Assembly: GCA_045594565.1 (NCBI GenBank)
Contig: JAZNYT010000069.1
Span: 1 to 54,643, forward strand
DNA from: Eubacteriales bacterium
GTDB lineage: Bacteria > Bacillota > Clostridia > Oscillospirales > SIG627
Reading direction: 5' to 3'
DNA length: 54,643 nt
Position numbers and translations under genes: made by a program. Numbering within the stretch: position 1 is the first letter of the stretch; the number at the start of each line of letters is the position of its first letter. The notes under the pieces are model-generated. The model saw only the letters and a list, made by a program, of their open reading frames with translations. It made no database searches and was not told the DNA's origin. Positions 46,070 through 54,643 of the stretch are shown piece by piece.

Positions 46070-46102
46070 AGAAAGACGAGGAAGATTCCTCGTCTTTCTT
46101 TT
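46070..46102. terminator. Bidirectional terminator; part of a truncated copy of the 18188-18475 element
   Basis: AGAAAGACGAGGAA-GA-TTCCTCGTCTTTCTTTT is nearly identical to 18306-18336. Confidence 0.8.
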
Positions 46103-46931
46103 ATTCATAGTGCTTGACCGATGGCATTTTGCTGTAGCTTGAGGGAGAGATGCCGTAGCGTTTTTTGAAGAGCTTTGAAAAGTGCTGAGGACTTTCAACT
46201 CCTACCATTTCTGCAACCTCAAGGATGGTATACTTTTTCTTGTAAAGGAGGTTCTTCGCATATTCCATCTTCTGTTCATTTACGTACTTTGCGGGAGTTA
46301 CTCCCGTTTTTTTCTTAAAAAACCTTATAAAGTGGGTAGGATGCATATTGGCAACCATTGCAAGCTCGTCATTTGTCAGCTTCTTCGAAAGATTGGAGTT
46401 GATGAAGGCGAGTACTTTATTTATAACGGTTTTGTTGTCGGAGCTTTCAATACTTACAACGCTGCCCTTTGAAAGATTTACATATTCGGCAATTATTTTG
46501 AGTATGACTGCCTTTATTTCTATTCTTGCCGCCACGCTCTCTCTTTTCAAAAGCTCTGTGTATTCAAAGAACAGTCCGTATATTTTCGTGTCTTCTTCGA
46601 CTTTTATTGAATGAGGCAGGTCGAGAATTCTGAAAATATGATTTTCTGTGGGATGAAAGTCGAAATGTATAAATATGTGGCAAAAGGGCTTCTTCGTGCT
46701 ATGATATGAATAAACCGTTCCCTCGGGAATGAAGAAGGCAGTTCCTTTTTCCCCCTTGTATTCCTTTCCGTCAATGGTCATTATGCACTCGCCCTCGGTA
46801 ATAAGATAAAGCTCACTGTGACGAAAGGATATGGGATGATTGACACACCAGTTTTTCTCCGACGAGAACCTTGCGAGACTTCCGTCACGGTATATTACGT
46901 TTATGTTATCTGCATAAAGATTATTTAACAT
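46101..46931 (-). CDS. AraC family transcriptional regulator
   Basis: Cupin N-domain; ELAMVANMHPTHFIRFFKK and VAEMVGVESPQHFSKLFKKRYGISPS; GGAGG RBS before ATG 46931. Confidence 0.92.
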   Translation of the reverse strand: MLNNLYADNINVIYRDGSLARFSSEKNWCVNHPISFRHSELYLITEGECIMTIDGKEYKGEKGTAFFIPEGTVYSYHSTKKPFCHIFIHFDFHPTENHIFRILDLPHSIKVEEDTKIYGLFFEYTELLKRESVAARIEIKAVILKIIAEYVNLSKGSVVSIESSDNKTVINKVLAFINSNLSKKLTNDELAMVANMHPTHFIRFFKKKTGVTPAKYVNEQKMEYAKNLLYKKKYTILEVAEMVGVESPQHFSKLFKKRYGISPSSYSKMPSVKHYE

Positions 46932-47098
46932 AAAACCTCCCACTTTACGCTAAAAATATACAATATACCTAATTATATCAAGTAAAATCGGACAAGTCAA
47001 GGGCGTATATGTGCTAATAATATATAACTTTTTGTTTGTAAAGTGTATTGACTCAAAATGGCTGTGGCGTATAATAGAGGTGAAAGGGAGGATGTAAT

Positions 47099-47920
47099 AT
47101 GGTAACAAAAGAAGATATAGTAAAATCCATCCGAGACCTTGGAATATCCGAAGGGGACAGTGTCATAGTTCACTCCTCCTTTAAAAGCTTTGGTCAGGTC
47201 GAGGGCGGTGCAGAAACGGTAATATCAGCTTTCGAAGAGGTACTGACAAAGAAAGGAATCCTCATTTTTCCAACCCTTGTGCAAAAGGACTTTTCCACGG
47301 CTTATGACACCTGGCATATGGATAAGCCATCCGACGTTGGATATCTTACCGAATATTTCAGAAAGCGTGAAGGCTCTTATCGAAGCGACCAAGCCACACA
47401 TTCTGTTGCGGCATCGGGGGAGCGAGCGAAGTGGCTCGTCCAAACTCACGGACACACTCATAAGAGAATAGGCATATTCGGAGATACCCCCTTTTCGGCA
47501 GACTCCCCTTGGGCAAAGATGTACGATATCAATACGAAGGTTGTGCTTATCGGTGTAAATGAAACGAAGATTACCTTCAAGCATTACGTTGAGTATATGC
47601 ATATAGAAAACGCCTTGAAATCAATAGAAGGGGCACCCGAATATGAGGAAATGAAGGCAAAGGTAAGACGCTTCGGCAAGCCGGGCGTGTGGGTGTGGCT
47701 TGATAGCCTTAAGGTATTCCACGACCTTGACGGAAGGGGACTTCTTAAAAAGACTATGTGCGGCGATGCCGAGATTATTTCCTTCCCCGCCAGAGAGTAT
47801 ACCGATATACCGCTTGAAAGATTTGACAGCGGAGACTGGTTTTACCTTGCATATCCCGAGGCAAACGGAGAATACATAGAATGGATAAAAGAAATAAAGA
47901 GAATAGAGGAGAGAAAATAA
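47099..47920 (+). CDS. AAC(3)/YokD-family N-acetyltransferase
   Basis: LGISEGDSVIVHSSFKSFGQVEGGA, ILIFPT, VGYLTEYFRK, RSDQATHSVAA, SPW, VLIGV..TFKHYVE. Confidence 0.88.
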   Translation: MVTKEDIVKSIRDLGISEGDSVIVHSSFKSFGQVEGGAETVISAFEEVLTKKGILIFPTLVQKDFSTAYDTWHMDKPSDVGYLTEYFRKREGSYRSDQATHSVAASGERAKWLVQTHGHTHKRIGIFGDTPFSADSPWAKMYDINTKVVLIGVNETKITFKHYVEYMHIENALKSIEGAPEYEEMKAKVRRFGKPGVWVWLDSLKVFHDLDGRGLLKKTMCGDAEIISFPAREYTDIPLERFDSGDWFYLAYPEANGEYIEWIKEIKRIEERK

Positions 47921-48825
47921 TGTTTATAGATATTCACGTTCACGCATACCGCAAGACTAATGCACTTTTCACAAACGTTATGAATGCCGAGGATCTTATC
48001 GAAATGATGGATAAGTACGACGTTGAAAAATCTATCGTTCTTCCCATCGTCAGCCCCGAAATATATCTTCCCCAGACCAATGAGGAAGTTCTTGAAATGG
48101 CAGAGAAATACCCCGACAGAATAGTTCCCTTCTGTAACATTGACCCACGCGCCATGTCCAATTCCCCCGAAGCACCTCTTGAAATACTGCTTCAGTATTA
48201 CAAGGATAAGGGTTGCAAGGGACTCGGTGAGGTAATGCCCAACCTTGAGCTGATGGACCCTAAGGTGCAGAATCTTTTCCGCGCCGCAGAAAAGGTTGAT
48301 ATGCCTGTAATATTCGACGGCTCCGACTCCAAGAGCTGCGACTTCGGTATCTACGACGACCCGGGACTCCCTCAGCTTGAGCATACTCTCCAGAGATTTC
48401 CAAATCTTAAAATCTTCGGACACGGTCCTGTTTTCTGGACTGAAATTGCAAGACTTTCCACCCCCGGAGAAAGAGGTTACATATATACTATTGGCAGAGT
48501 ACCTCCCCGTCAGGTAGGATATGCCCCCAAAGGAAGAATCGAAGAAGAGGGTGTTGTGCCCGTTCTTTTCCGCCGTTACCCCAATCTCTACGGCGACCTT
48601 TCGGATGGTACCGCTTATAATGCATTCGCAAGAGATGATGAGTACGGTCCGAGGTTTATGACCGAATTTCAGGACAGACTTATGTTCGGCTCCGATGCGG
48701 TAGGCGTAGGTAACACCTATCCGTTGAGAAGGCTTCTTCTTGACTGGCTTGAAAAGGGTAAGATAAGCGAAACGGTATTCAATAAAATAGCAAGAGATAA
48801 CGCAAAGAGAATATTTAATATATAG
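47920..48825 (+). CDS. Amidohydrolase_2 family protein (paralog of 37162-38070)
   Basis: IDIHVH, VPFCNIDP, GLGEV, GHG, LYGDLS, MFGSD; TAATG coupling to the upstream gene. Confidence 0.88.
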   Translation: MFIDIHVHAYRKTNALFTNVMNAEDLIEMMDKYDVEKSIVLPIVSPEIYLPQTNEEVLEMAEKYPDRIVPFCNIDPRAMSNSPEAPLEILLQYYKDKGCKGLGEVMPNLELMDPKVQNLFRAAEKVDMPVIFDGSDSKSCDFGIYDDPGLPQLEHTLQRFPNLKIFGHGPVFWTEIARLSTPGERGYIYTIGRVPPRQVGYAPKGRIEEEGVVPVLFRRYPNLYGDLSDGTAYNAFARDDEYGPRFMTEFQDRLMFGSDAVGVGNTYPLRRLLLDWLEKGKISETVFNKIARDNAKRIFNI

Positions 48826-48943
48826 AGAATTTTTAAGAGTTTATAAATCATTGATTTTTACATAAAAAATGCAGAAAGTTACATTGATTTATTTACGATA
48901 ATATCGTATTATAAAATAAAATATTTTGTAAAGGAACATAATT

Positions 48944-50215
48944 ATGAAAAAGCTTAATATTGGTATCGTTGGTTTGGGACAGAGAGGAAGCGACCTTCTT
49001 AATACCATTCTGAAAATGGATGACATCAACGTTGTTGCAGTGTGTGACGAATACGAGGACAGAGCGGAGAATGCTAAAAAGAAGATTATAGAAGAGAGAG
49101 GTATTACCCCTTTCTCTACTACCAACTACCGAGAGCTTCTTGAAATAGGAGAAATTGAAGCGGTTGTTGTTTCAACTGCATGGGAGGCACACGTTGAGGT
49201 TGCTGTTTCTTCGATGAAGGCGGGTAAATACGTCGGCATTGAGGTGGGAGGAGCTTACTCCATAGAGGATTGCTGGAGACTCGTTCACACAAGCGAGGAG
49301 ACAGGTATGCCTTGTATGATGATAGAGAACTGCTGCTACGGTGAAGTTGAGCTTATGTGTCTTAATCTTGCAAAGCAGGGTGCCTTCGGTGAAATCGTTC
49401 ACTGTACAGGAGCATATTTCCACGATCTCAGAAACGAGATTTCCACCGGTGTCGAAGAACGTCATTACAGACTTCGTAACTACATAGGACGTAACTGTGA
49501 CAACTATCCCACACACGCTCTCGGCCCTATCGCGAAGCTTCTTAACGTTAACCGCGGTAACAGATTTTTATCTCTTGTTTCGATGGCTTCAAAGGCAAGA
49601 GGTCTTCATGAGTACGTTGTCGAAAAGAGGGGCGAGAATGATGCGCTTGCGAAGGTAGACTTCAAGCAGGGCGACGTTGTCACCACCCTCATCAACTGCG
49701 CTAACGGAGAAACCATTCGTCTTACTCTTGCTACAACAACGTCCCATCCTTATTCCAGAGACTTTGGTGTTGTGGGTACACAAGGACTTTTTCAGGAGGA
49801 TACAAACGCACTTTATCTTAAAAAGGACTTGGATAAATATCACCCCACCGAAAGCGGCATAAAACCGTACTGGGATAACGTTAAAGCCTTCAAGGAGGAG
49901 TACAACCATCCTCTCTGGACAGAATACAACAGTGCAGGCGTAAAGGCAGGTCACGGCGGTATGGACTGGCTTGTTCTCCGTGCCTTCTTTGAGAGTGCTA
50001 TGTATAAGAAGGAAACGCCTATCGACGTATATGATACAGCCGCTTGGATGAGCATCACAGCTCTTTCCGAGGAGTCCGTTGCAAAGGGCGGCAACGCGGT
50101 TGCGGTGCCCGACTTCACAAACGGCAAGTGGCTCAAGGACAAGGACAGAGTGAGAGATGAGGTTCCTACCTATTCGCTACAGACACTACCCGAGAAGATA
50201 GAATTGAAGATATAA
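48944..50215 (+). CDS. Gfo/Idh/MocA oxidoreductase, GH109 (NAD-dependent N-acetylhexosaminidase)-like
   Basis: IGIVGLGQRG, IENCCY, NYPTHALGP, GHGGMD, PIDVYD.A.W, PDFTNGKW. Confidence 0.88.
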   Translation: MKKLNIGIVGLGQRGSDLLNTILKMDDINVVAVCDEYEDRAENAKKKIIEERGITPFSTTNYRELLEIGEIEAVVVSTAWEAHVEVAVSSMKAGKYVGIEVGGAYSIEDCWRLVHTSEETGMPCMMIENCCYGEVELMCLNLAKQGAFGEIVHCTGAYFHDLRNEISTGVEERHYRLRNYIGRNCDNYPTHALGPIAKLLNVNRGNRFLSLVSMASKARGLHEYVVEKRGENDALAKVDFKQGDVVTTLINCANGETIRLTLATTTSHPYSRDFGVVGTQGLFQEDTNALYLKKDLDKYHPTESGIKPYWDNVKAFKEEYNHPLWTEYNSAGVKAGHGGMDWLVLRAFFESAMYKKETPIDVYDTAAWMSITALSEESVAKGGNAVAVPDFTNGKWLKDKDRVRDEVPTYSLQTLPEKIELKI

Positions 50216-50301
50216 AAAAAGTCTCCTTCGGCAATTGATTATAACTAACGCTCACGTTTTTTATAGGTAGACTTTATATGCAATTTACTATGTAATAAAA
50301 A
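50215..50301. repeat. Dispersed non-coding repeat, copy 2
   Basis: Colinear blocks shared with the reverse complement of 20084-20194. Confidence 0.75.
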
Positions 50302-50319
50302 TTTAAGCTGCAATGATTT

Positions 50320-51285
50320 TCATTGCAGCTTAATTTTTACAAGTATTTTTTTATTAAACTCTTTTTCAAGCTTTTTGATGTTTTCTCTTTTTTGCCCAAT
50401 ATACTGGGACAAAAGTGTCGTGGGTGCAAAAAAGGTGTCGGTATCGTTTTTTTCGAAAAACTCTCGCATCTCAATAAGTCTTACCCTGGACAATATCATC
50501 TCGCCGAGAGCGTCTTTGTAATCACCTGCGACCACCTCGTCGGTGTGCAGTCCCTCGGAGGATTGAAGCCCGATGCGGATGACGTTTACACCGTTTTTTT
50601 CAAAAACCCTGTAAACCGCCGCTCCTCTTTCCACCGTTTCTTCAAGGCTCGGAGGTAGGTATTTACCCTCGGAATAAAGCTTTTCAAGCTCTGTTTTGCG
50701 GAAGGTCACAGTGGGGTAGATCCTCGCACTTTCAGCACCGCATCTCGCTATTTCCTCGGCGGTGAAAATCTCGTCCTCGGGAGAGGAGCCGTACATTCCC
50801 GTCATCATCTGACCTGTAAGAGAGAAGCCCCACTCTACGATTTTTTTCATTGCAAGGCGGGATGTGTCGGCGGTGTGTCCTCTTTTGTTTTTCTTCAGCA
50901 CACTGTCGTTCATCGACTGTATGCCAAGCTCAATGTTCTTGACACCTTTTTCCTTTAAGATGCCAAGTATTTCGTCGTCAATATAGTCGGGGCGTGTGGA
51001 AAGCCTTATGGACGAAACCATACCATTGTCGATATAGCCCTTTGCCGTATCCAGAAGCCTTACCATAAGATTTCTCTCTATTCCTGTAAAGCTTCCTCCG
51101 AAAAAGGCTATCTGCACCTCTCCCTCGAAGCCCCGAAGGGTTTCGAGGGCGGTGTCTATCTCTTTTTTTACCAGTGACTCGTCAAATTCACTTTTTCCCG
51201 AAATCGTCCTCTGGTTGCAGAAAACGCAGTCGTTGGGGCAACCGACGTGAGGCACGAATACGGGTATATTCGCGTGGCGTTTCAA
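50320..51285 (-). CDS. Radical SAM protein (Elp3/YhcC-like)
   Basis: IPVFVPHVGCPNDCVFCNQ, AFFGGSFT, IRLSTRPD, IELGIQS, RIYPT, IRIGLQ. TTG start at 51285 preferred over 51330, which overlaps cysS. Confidence 0.88.
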   Translation of the reverse strand: MKRHANIPVFVPHVGCPNDCVFCNQRTISGKSEFDESLVKKEIDTALETLRGFEGEVQIAFFGGSFTGIERNLMVRLLDTAKGYIDNGMVSSIRLSTRPDYIDDEILGILKEKGVKNIELGIQSMNDSVLKKNKRGHTADTSRLAMKKIVEWGFSLTGQMMTGMYGSSPEDEIFTAEEIARCGAESARIYPTVTFRKTELEKLYSEGKYLPPSLEETVERGAAVYRVFEKNGVNVIRIGLQSSEGLHTDEVVAGDYKDALGEMILSRVRLIEMREFFEKNDTDTFFAPTTLLSQYIGQKRENIKKLEKEFNKKILVKIKLQ

Positions 51286-51289
51286 TTTT

Positions 51290-52681
51290 TTATGCTCTCT
51301 TCCACTTAGTGCCGTCCTTGGTGTCCTCAAGAATGATTCCGCGGCTCTTGAGCTCTTCTCTTATTTCGTCGGCACGCGCATAGTTCTTTTCCTTCTTGGC
51401 GTTAGCTCTTTCCTCGATAAGAGCCTCTATCTCTGCCGCCTCGTCCTCGTTTTCTTCGGGAAGAAGGAAGCCCATAAGACCTACAAGCTCACGATAGATA
51501 GCGTAAATCGCCTCGGCATCAGCCTTTGTAAGGCTTTCTGCAAGAAGTGTGTTTATCGCTCTTATCATTTCAAATATTGCCGAAATGCCGTCGGCGGTAT
51601 TGAAATCATCGTCCATAGCCTCAATAAACTTGTCGCGGTAAACCGAGAGTCCGTCAATTTCGGCTTTTTTGGTAATTTCTCCGTCTTCCCCGTTCTTTAT
51701 AGCATACTTTATTGCGTTTTCACAGTTGTACATACGCTCAAGAGAAGCCTTCGCCTGCTCAAGTATCTCTGCCGAGAAGTTTATGGGGCTTCTGTACTGT
51801 GCGGATACAAGGAAGAATCTGATTGCGGGATAGCCATACTTTGCCGCCGCATCTCTTACTGTAAAGAAGTTTCCGAGGGACTTGGACATCTTCTTGTTAT
51901 CAACGTTTATATAGCCGTTGTGGATAAAGGCACGGCAGAAGGGAACGCCGAAGGCAGCCTCTGACTGCGCCACCTCGTTTTCGTGGTGAGGGAAGGTAAG
52001 GTCCTGTCCGCCTCCGTGGAGGTCGATGGTCTTGCCGAGATATTTATCTACCATTGCCGAGCATTCAATGTGCCAACCGGGACGTCCCTTACCCCAAGGA
52101 GACTCCCAGTAGGGCTCACCCTCCTTGTACGCCTTCCAGAGAGCAAAATCCAGCGGGTCGCGTTTTACGTCGTTTACGTCAATTCTCGCACCGCTTTCAA
52201 GGTCGTCAACGTCAAATCCGCCCAGCTTTCCGTAGCCCTTGAATTTTCTTGCCGCAAAGTAAACGTCACCGTTATCGGCAGGGTATGCATAGCCCTTTTC
52301 GATAAGAATTTCGATTATCTTTATAATCTCGTCCATGTTTTCTGTTGCCTTGGGATGGAAGGTGGCGGGAGTAATGCCCAGCCCTTTTGCATCGGTGAAG
52401 TATTCGGCAATGTACTTGTCGGCAACCTCCTTAACGGTGATGCCCTCCTCGTTCGCTCTCTTTATCATCTTGTCGTCAATGTCGGTAAAGTTCTGAACGA
52501 AGGTAACCTTGTTTCCTCTGTACTCAAGATAACGGCGGAGAAGGTCGAATACAACGAAGCATCTTGCGTTGCCTACGTGGAAAAAGTTGTAAACTGTCGG
52601 TCCGCAGGCGTACATTCTGACGGTGTTGTCCTTGAATTCAAGCTCTTCCTTTTGTTTTGTGATAGAATTGTAGAATTTCAT
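51290..52681 (-). CDS. cysS: Cysteine-tRNA ligase
   Basis: [47 protein letters not shown]. Confidence 0.98.
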   Translation of the reverse strand: MKFYNSITKQKEELEFKDNTVRMYACGPTVYNFFHVGNARCFVVFDLLRRYLEYRGNKVTFVQNFTDIDDKMIKRANEEGITVKEVADKYIAEYFTDAKGLGITPATFHPKATENMDEIIKIIEILIEKGYAYPADNGDVYFAARKFKGYGKLGGFDVDDLESGARIDVNDVKRDPLDFALWKAYKEGEPYWESPWGKGRPGWHIECSAMVDKYLGKTIDLHGGGQDLTFPHHENEVAQSEAAFGVPFCRAFIHNGYINVDNKKMSKSLGNFFTVRDAAAKYGYPAIRFFLVSAQYRSPINFSAEILEQAKASLERMYNCENAIKYAIKNGEDGEITKKAEIDGLSVYRDKFIEAMDDDFNTADGISAIFEMIRAINTLLAESLTKADAEAIYAIYRELVGLMGFLLPEENEDEAAEIEALIEERANAKKEKNYARADEIREELKSRGIILEDTKDGTKWKRA

Positions 52682-52697
52682 ATTTATCTCCTTTTTT

Positions 52698-52957
52698 AAG
52701 CTTGACCTTTTGGCTAAAACCGAAAATGAAAAGTTTCGGTTTTAGGGTACAACACTTTTCAAAAAGAAAGTGCGAACAAAGAGTAGTCAAGCTATTGATT
52801 TTTTTAAGGTAGAAAATCTGCGATTTTCTTCTTGTTTATTTCAAATTTCATTTTCTTCGCACCTCTCTCGCACTGCCGTACCGAGTACGCCGACGGCTTC
52901 GAGATGCACGATTTTATCTCAAAATCTCATCGCTTTTTGGGGCTTGATATTTTGGTT
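52698..52957. repeat. Direct-repeat-bounded structured element, copy 2 (cysE-cysS spacer)
   Basis: Starts AAGCTTGACCTTTTGGCTAAAACCGAAAA, ends GCTTGATATTTTGGTT; interior colinear with 18188-18475. Confidence 0.85.
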
Positions 52958-52965
52958 TTATGAGA

Positions 52966-53043
52966 GAAAACTTTTATGCTTATTTATCATAGTTTTCGTG
53001 GGAGTGCAAGGGGGAGTGCTTTTATAAAAAGCATTACCCCTTA
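52966..53043. repeat. REP-like hairpin repeat
   Basis: AGTTTTCGTGGGAGTGCAAGGGGGAGTGCTTTTATAAAAAGCATTACCCCTT is closely similar to 12426-12477. Confidence 0.75.
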
Positions 53044-53047
53044 AATA

Positions 53048-53677
53048 TCATTTATTATTTATTTTTTCAAGTTCTTTCTTTAGTCTGTCTATTTCTGCCT
53101 GTAATTTGCAAAGCTCTTGGGACACAGGGTCGGGAATGTGTACTTGGTCAAGGTCGAGGGTTCTCTCGCCACCGATTTTCACGACTCTTGCTGGAGCGCC
53201 GACAGCCGTTGAGTCGGGCGGTATCTCCGAAAGCACTACCGAGCCTGCCGCAATCTTTGCACGGTCCCCCACCTTAAAAGGCCCTAGCACCTTAGCTCCT
53301 GCACCTACAAGCACGTTGTTGCCAAGTGTAGGGTGACGCTTTCCCGTGTCCTTACCCGTACCGCCAAGGGTCACTCCCTGATAGAGAGTACATTCGTCAC
53401 CGATTTCGGCAGTCTCACCGATAACCACTCCCGAGCCGTGGTCAATGAAAAGCCCACGCCCGATGGTAGCACCTGGATGTATCTCAATGCCCGTGAAAAA
53501 TCTGCCAAGCTGTGATATGAGACGTGCTATGAAAAACATATGATAAACGTAGAAGAAATGTGCTATTCTGTAATAGATAAGCGCGTGAAAGCCCGAATAC
53601 AGAAAGAATATTTCAAAAACGCTTCTTGCCGCAGGGTCACGGGATTTGATGGATTTAAGGTCATCTATGATTTTCAT
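53048..53677 (-). CDS. cysE: Serine O-acetyltransferase
   Basis: RDPAARS, TGIEIHPGATIG.GLFIDHG.GVVIGET, GGTGKDTGKRHPT, hexapeptide repeats. Confidence 0.97.
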   Translation of the reverse strand: MKIIDDLKSIKSRDPAARSVFEIFFLYSGFHALIYYRIAHFFYVYHMFFIARLISQLGRFFTGIEIHPGATIGRGLFIDHGSGVVIGETAEIGDECTLYQGVTLGGTGKDTGKRHPTLGNNVLVGAGAKVLGPFKVGDRAKIAAGSVVLSEIPPDSTAVGAPARVVKIGGERTLDLDQVHIPDPVSQELCKLQAEIDRLKKELEKINNK

Positions 53678-53691
53678 GTATATCTCCTGAA

Positions 53692-54232
53692 AATAATGAA
53701 TAATGAATATTGAATATTGAATAATTAAGGTGAATTTTGCTTAAGCAAAATTTCCGTTTTATTATTTGAGGTTATTATTTTTAGCTGTATTTATAGAAGC
53801 AATTAAAATTTTCTTTATTTCAATACAATCCAAAAGTAAAGAATCTTTTTGTGAATCCGAAACGTATTCTGCTTTATGAAGCAATTTTATCCAGTACTCT
53901 GTTTCTGCACACTCTTTTAATGCAATATGCAATTTGGATATAAAATCAGCGGAGCTTTGTGCGTAATTTGCTTCATTTATGTTTGCTCCGATAGACGTAC
54001 CACTGCGAATTACTTGCTTAGATACAGTAAATTCTTTTTTATCCATAAGAAATTTATATAAGTTCATTATCCTTGCGGCAAAATCTATGCTTTTTTCGGT
54101 TAATATATTATCTTTCATAAAATCCTTTGTTTTGTAACCATATTTTATAACGCAATTGAAATACAAATAAAATTGAAAATTTCCGAAGGAAATTAACCAA
54201 AATTATTCATTCTTCAATCTTCATTATTCATT
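53692..54232. mobile_element. 7-mer-arm element, copy C, carrying a four-helix-bundle gene
   Basis: Arms 53692-53752 and 54171-54232 are imperfect inverted 7-mer arrays, each with an inner hairpin; AT-rich cargo. Mobility is inferred, not shown. Confidence 0.7.
53762..54118 (-). CDS. Four-helix-bundle protein (TIGR02436 / 23S rRNA-IVS protein family)
   Basis: KSIDFAARI, SKQVIRSGTSIGANINEA..AQS.ADFISKLHIALKE..ETEYWIKLL; AAAGGA RBS before ATG 54118. Confidence 0.92.
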   Translation of the reverse strand: MKDNILTEKSIDFAARIMNLYKFLMDKKEFTVSKQVIRSGTSIGANINEANYAQSSADFISKLHIALKECAETEYWIKLLHKAEYVSDSQKDSLLLDCIEIKKILIASINTAKNNNLK

Positions 54233-54412
54233 AAAAAAGCACCTCTTGAATTCTCAAGAGGTGCTTTTGCACGGTTCCACTCTTATTTTTCGCTTTTTAC
54301 TTTCACTTTGAAGGTGTTTAGACCGCACTTTCACGAATACCTCAGCTTAAATGCTCACACCAACCGCATTCTCTCTGGAAGCCTTTTTCTCCGTTACTCT
54401 TGTCCTCTTTTT
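54233..54412 (-). ncRNA. T-box riboswitch with Cys (TGC) specifier
   Basis: Minus strand: GAGGAC..AGTA, AGAGAGAATGCGGTTGGTGTGA stem-I apex, GAAAG-TGC-GGTC specifier (54325-54327), T-box AATAAGAGTGGAACCGTG, terminator AAAAGCACCTCTTGAG-AATT-CAAGAGGTGCTTTTTT; upstream of cysE-cysS. Confidence 0.9.
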
Positions 54413-54438
54413 AAGGAAAGCATATTAAATTCATAGGT

Positions 54439-54467
54439 ATTTTAACACATTTTTTTAAATCCGTCAA
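54439..54467 (-). promoter_or_regulatory. sigma-A promoter of the T-box/cys operon
   Basis: Minus strand TTGACG-17 bp-TAAAAT with TG. Confidence 0.75.
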
Positions 54468-54504
54468 GACAAATTATATCGTGAAAGCCTTTCTGTGTAT
54501 TTGT

Positions 54505-54534
54505 ATAGCCGAAGAGAGTCGAACTATTATCGCC
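54505..54534. repeat. Exact inverted copy of 39439-39468
   Basis: ATAGCCGAAGAGAGTCGAACTATTATCGCC. Confidence 0.9.
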
Positions 54535-54643
54535 GAGCAAAGCCCTTTTTGGTCTAAATTCTCCCTTGTCGCTTGGAATACATAAAGTATTCCTGCACTT
54601 CGCAGAAAAATTTATCCACAAAAATCATCTTTCCTCGGTTCAA

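Noticed and set aside
53762-54118. Diversity-generating retroelement suggested by the Avd-like gene
   Set aside because: No reverse transcriptase and no TR/VR pair differing at adenines in the window. The GH3 and amidohydrolase paralogs differ at all base types.

Overview
Chromosomal segment of a Clostridia-type (Bacillota) bacterium; the taxon is inferred from gene content, gene order and sigma-A/T-box regulation. Housekeeping genes: recG, gap, serS, the DUF1385-prmC-recA-recX-rimO-pgsA run, ddh-lysA, tRNA-Leu(TAG), rplS with an L19 leader, and a Cys T-box-cysE-cysS-radical SAM operon. These are interspersed with many sugar and amino-sugar genes: a partial GH20, a NahK-like kinase, uxuA with a GPH symporter, two tandem GH3s, rhaA, a beta-helix enzyme, GH109, two paralogous amidohydrolases and three AraC regulators. 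Accessory DNA comprises a PvuII-like C-R-M restriction-modification island between ~88-bp direct repeats downstream of tRNA-Leu, an AAA_14/DUF4143 ATPase, and a zinc-ribbon/HTH islet. The most unusual signal is non-coding: several families of dispersed, structured intergenic repeats. One family has inverted arms of 7-bp tandem repeats plus a hairpin and occurs three times, always next to a terminator: empty (18505-18637), carrying a REP-like insert (12284-12552), and carrying a four-helix-bundle (23S-IVS protein/Avd-like) gene between the Cys T-box terminator and cysE (53692-54232). Two other arrays (CGATAT and ATGAAATC units) share the same inverted-arm design. No transposase, integrase or reverse transcriptase is visible in the window. 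All assignments are by eye from motifs and recalled family sequences; no database searches were run.
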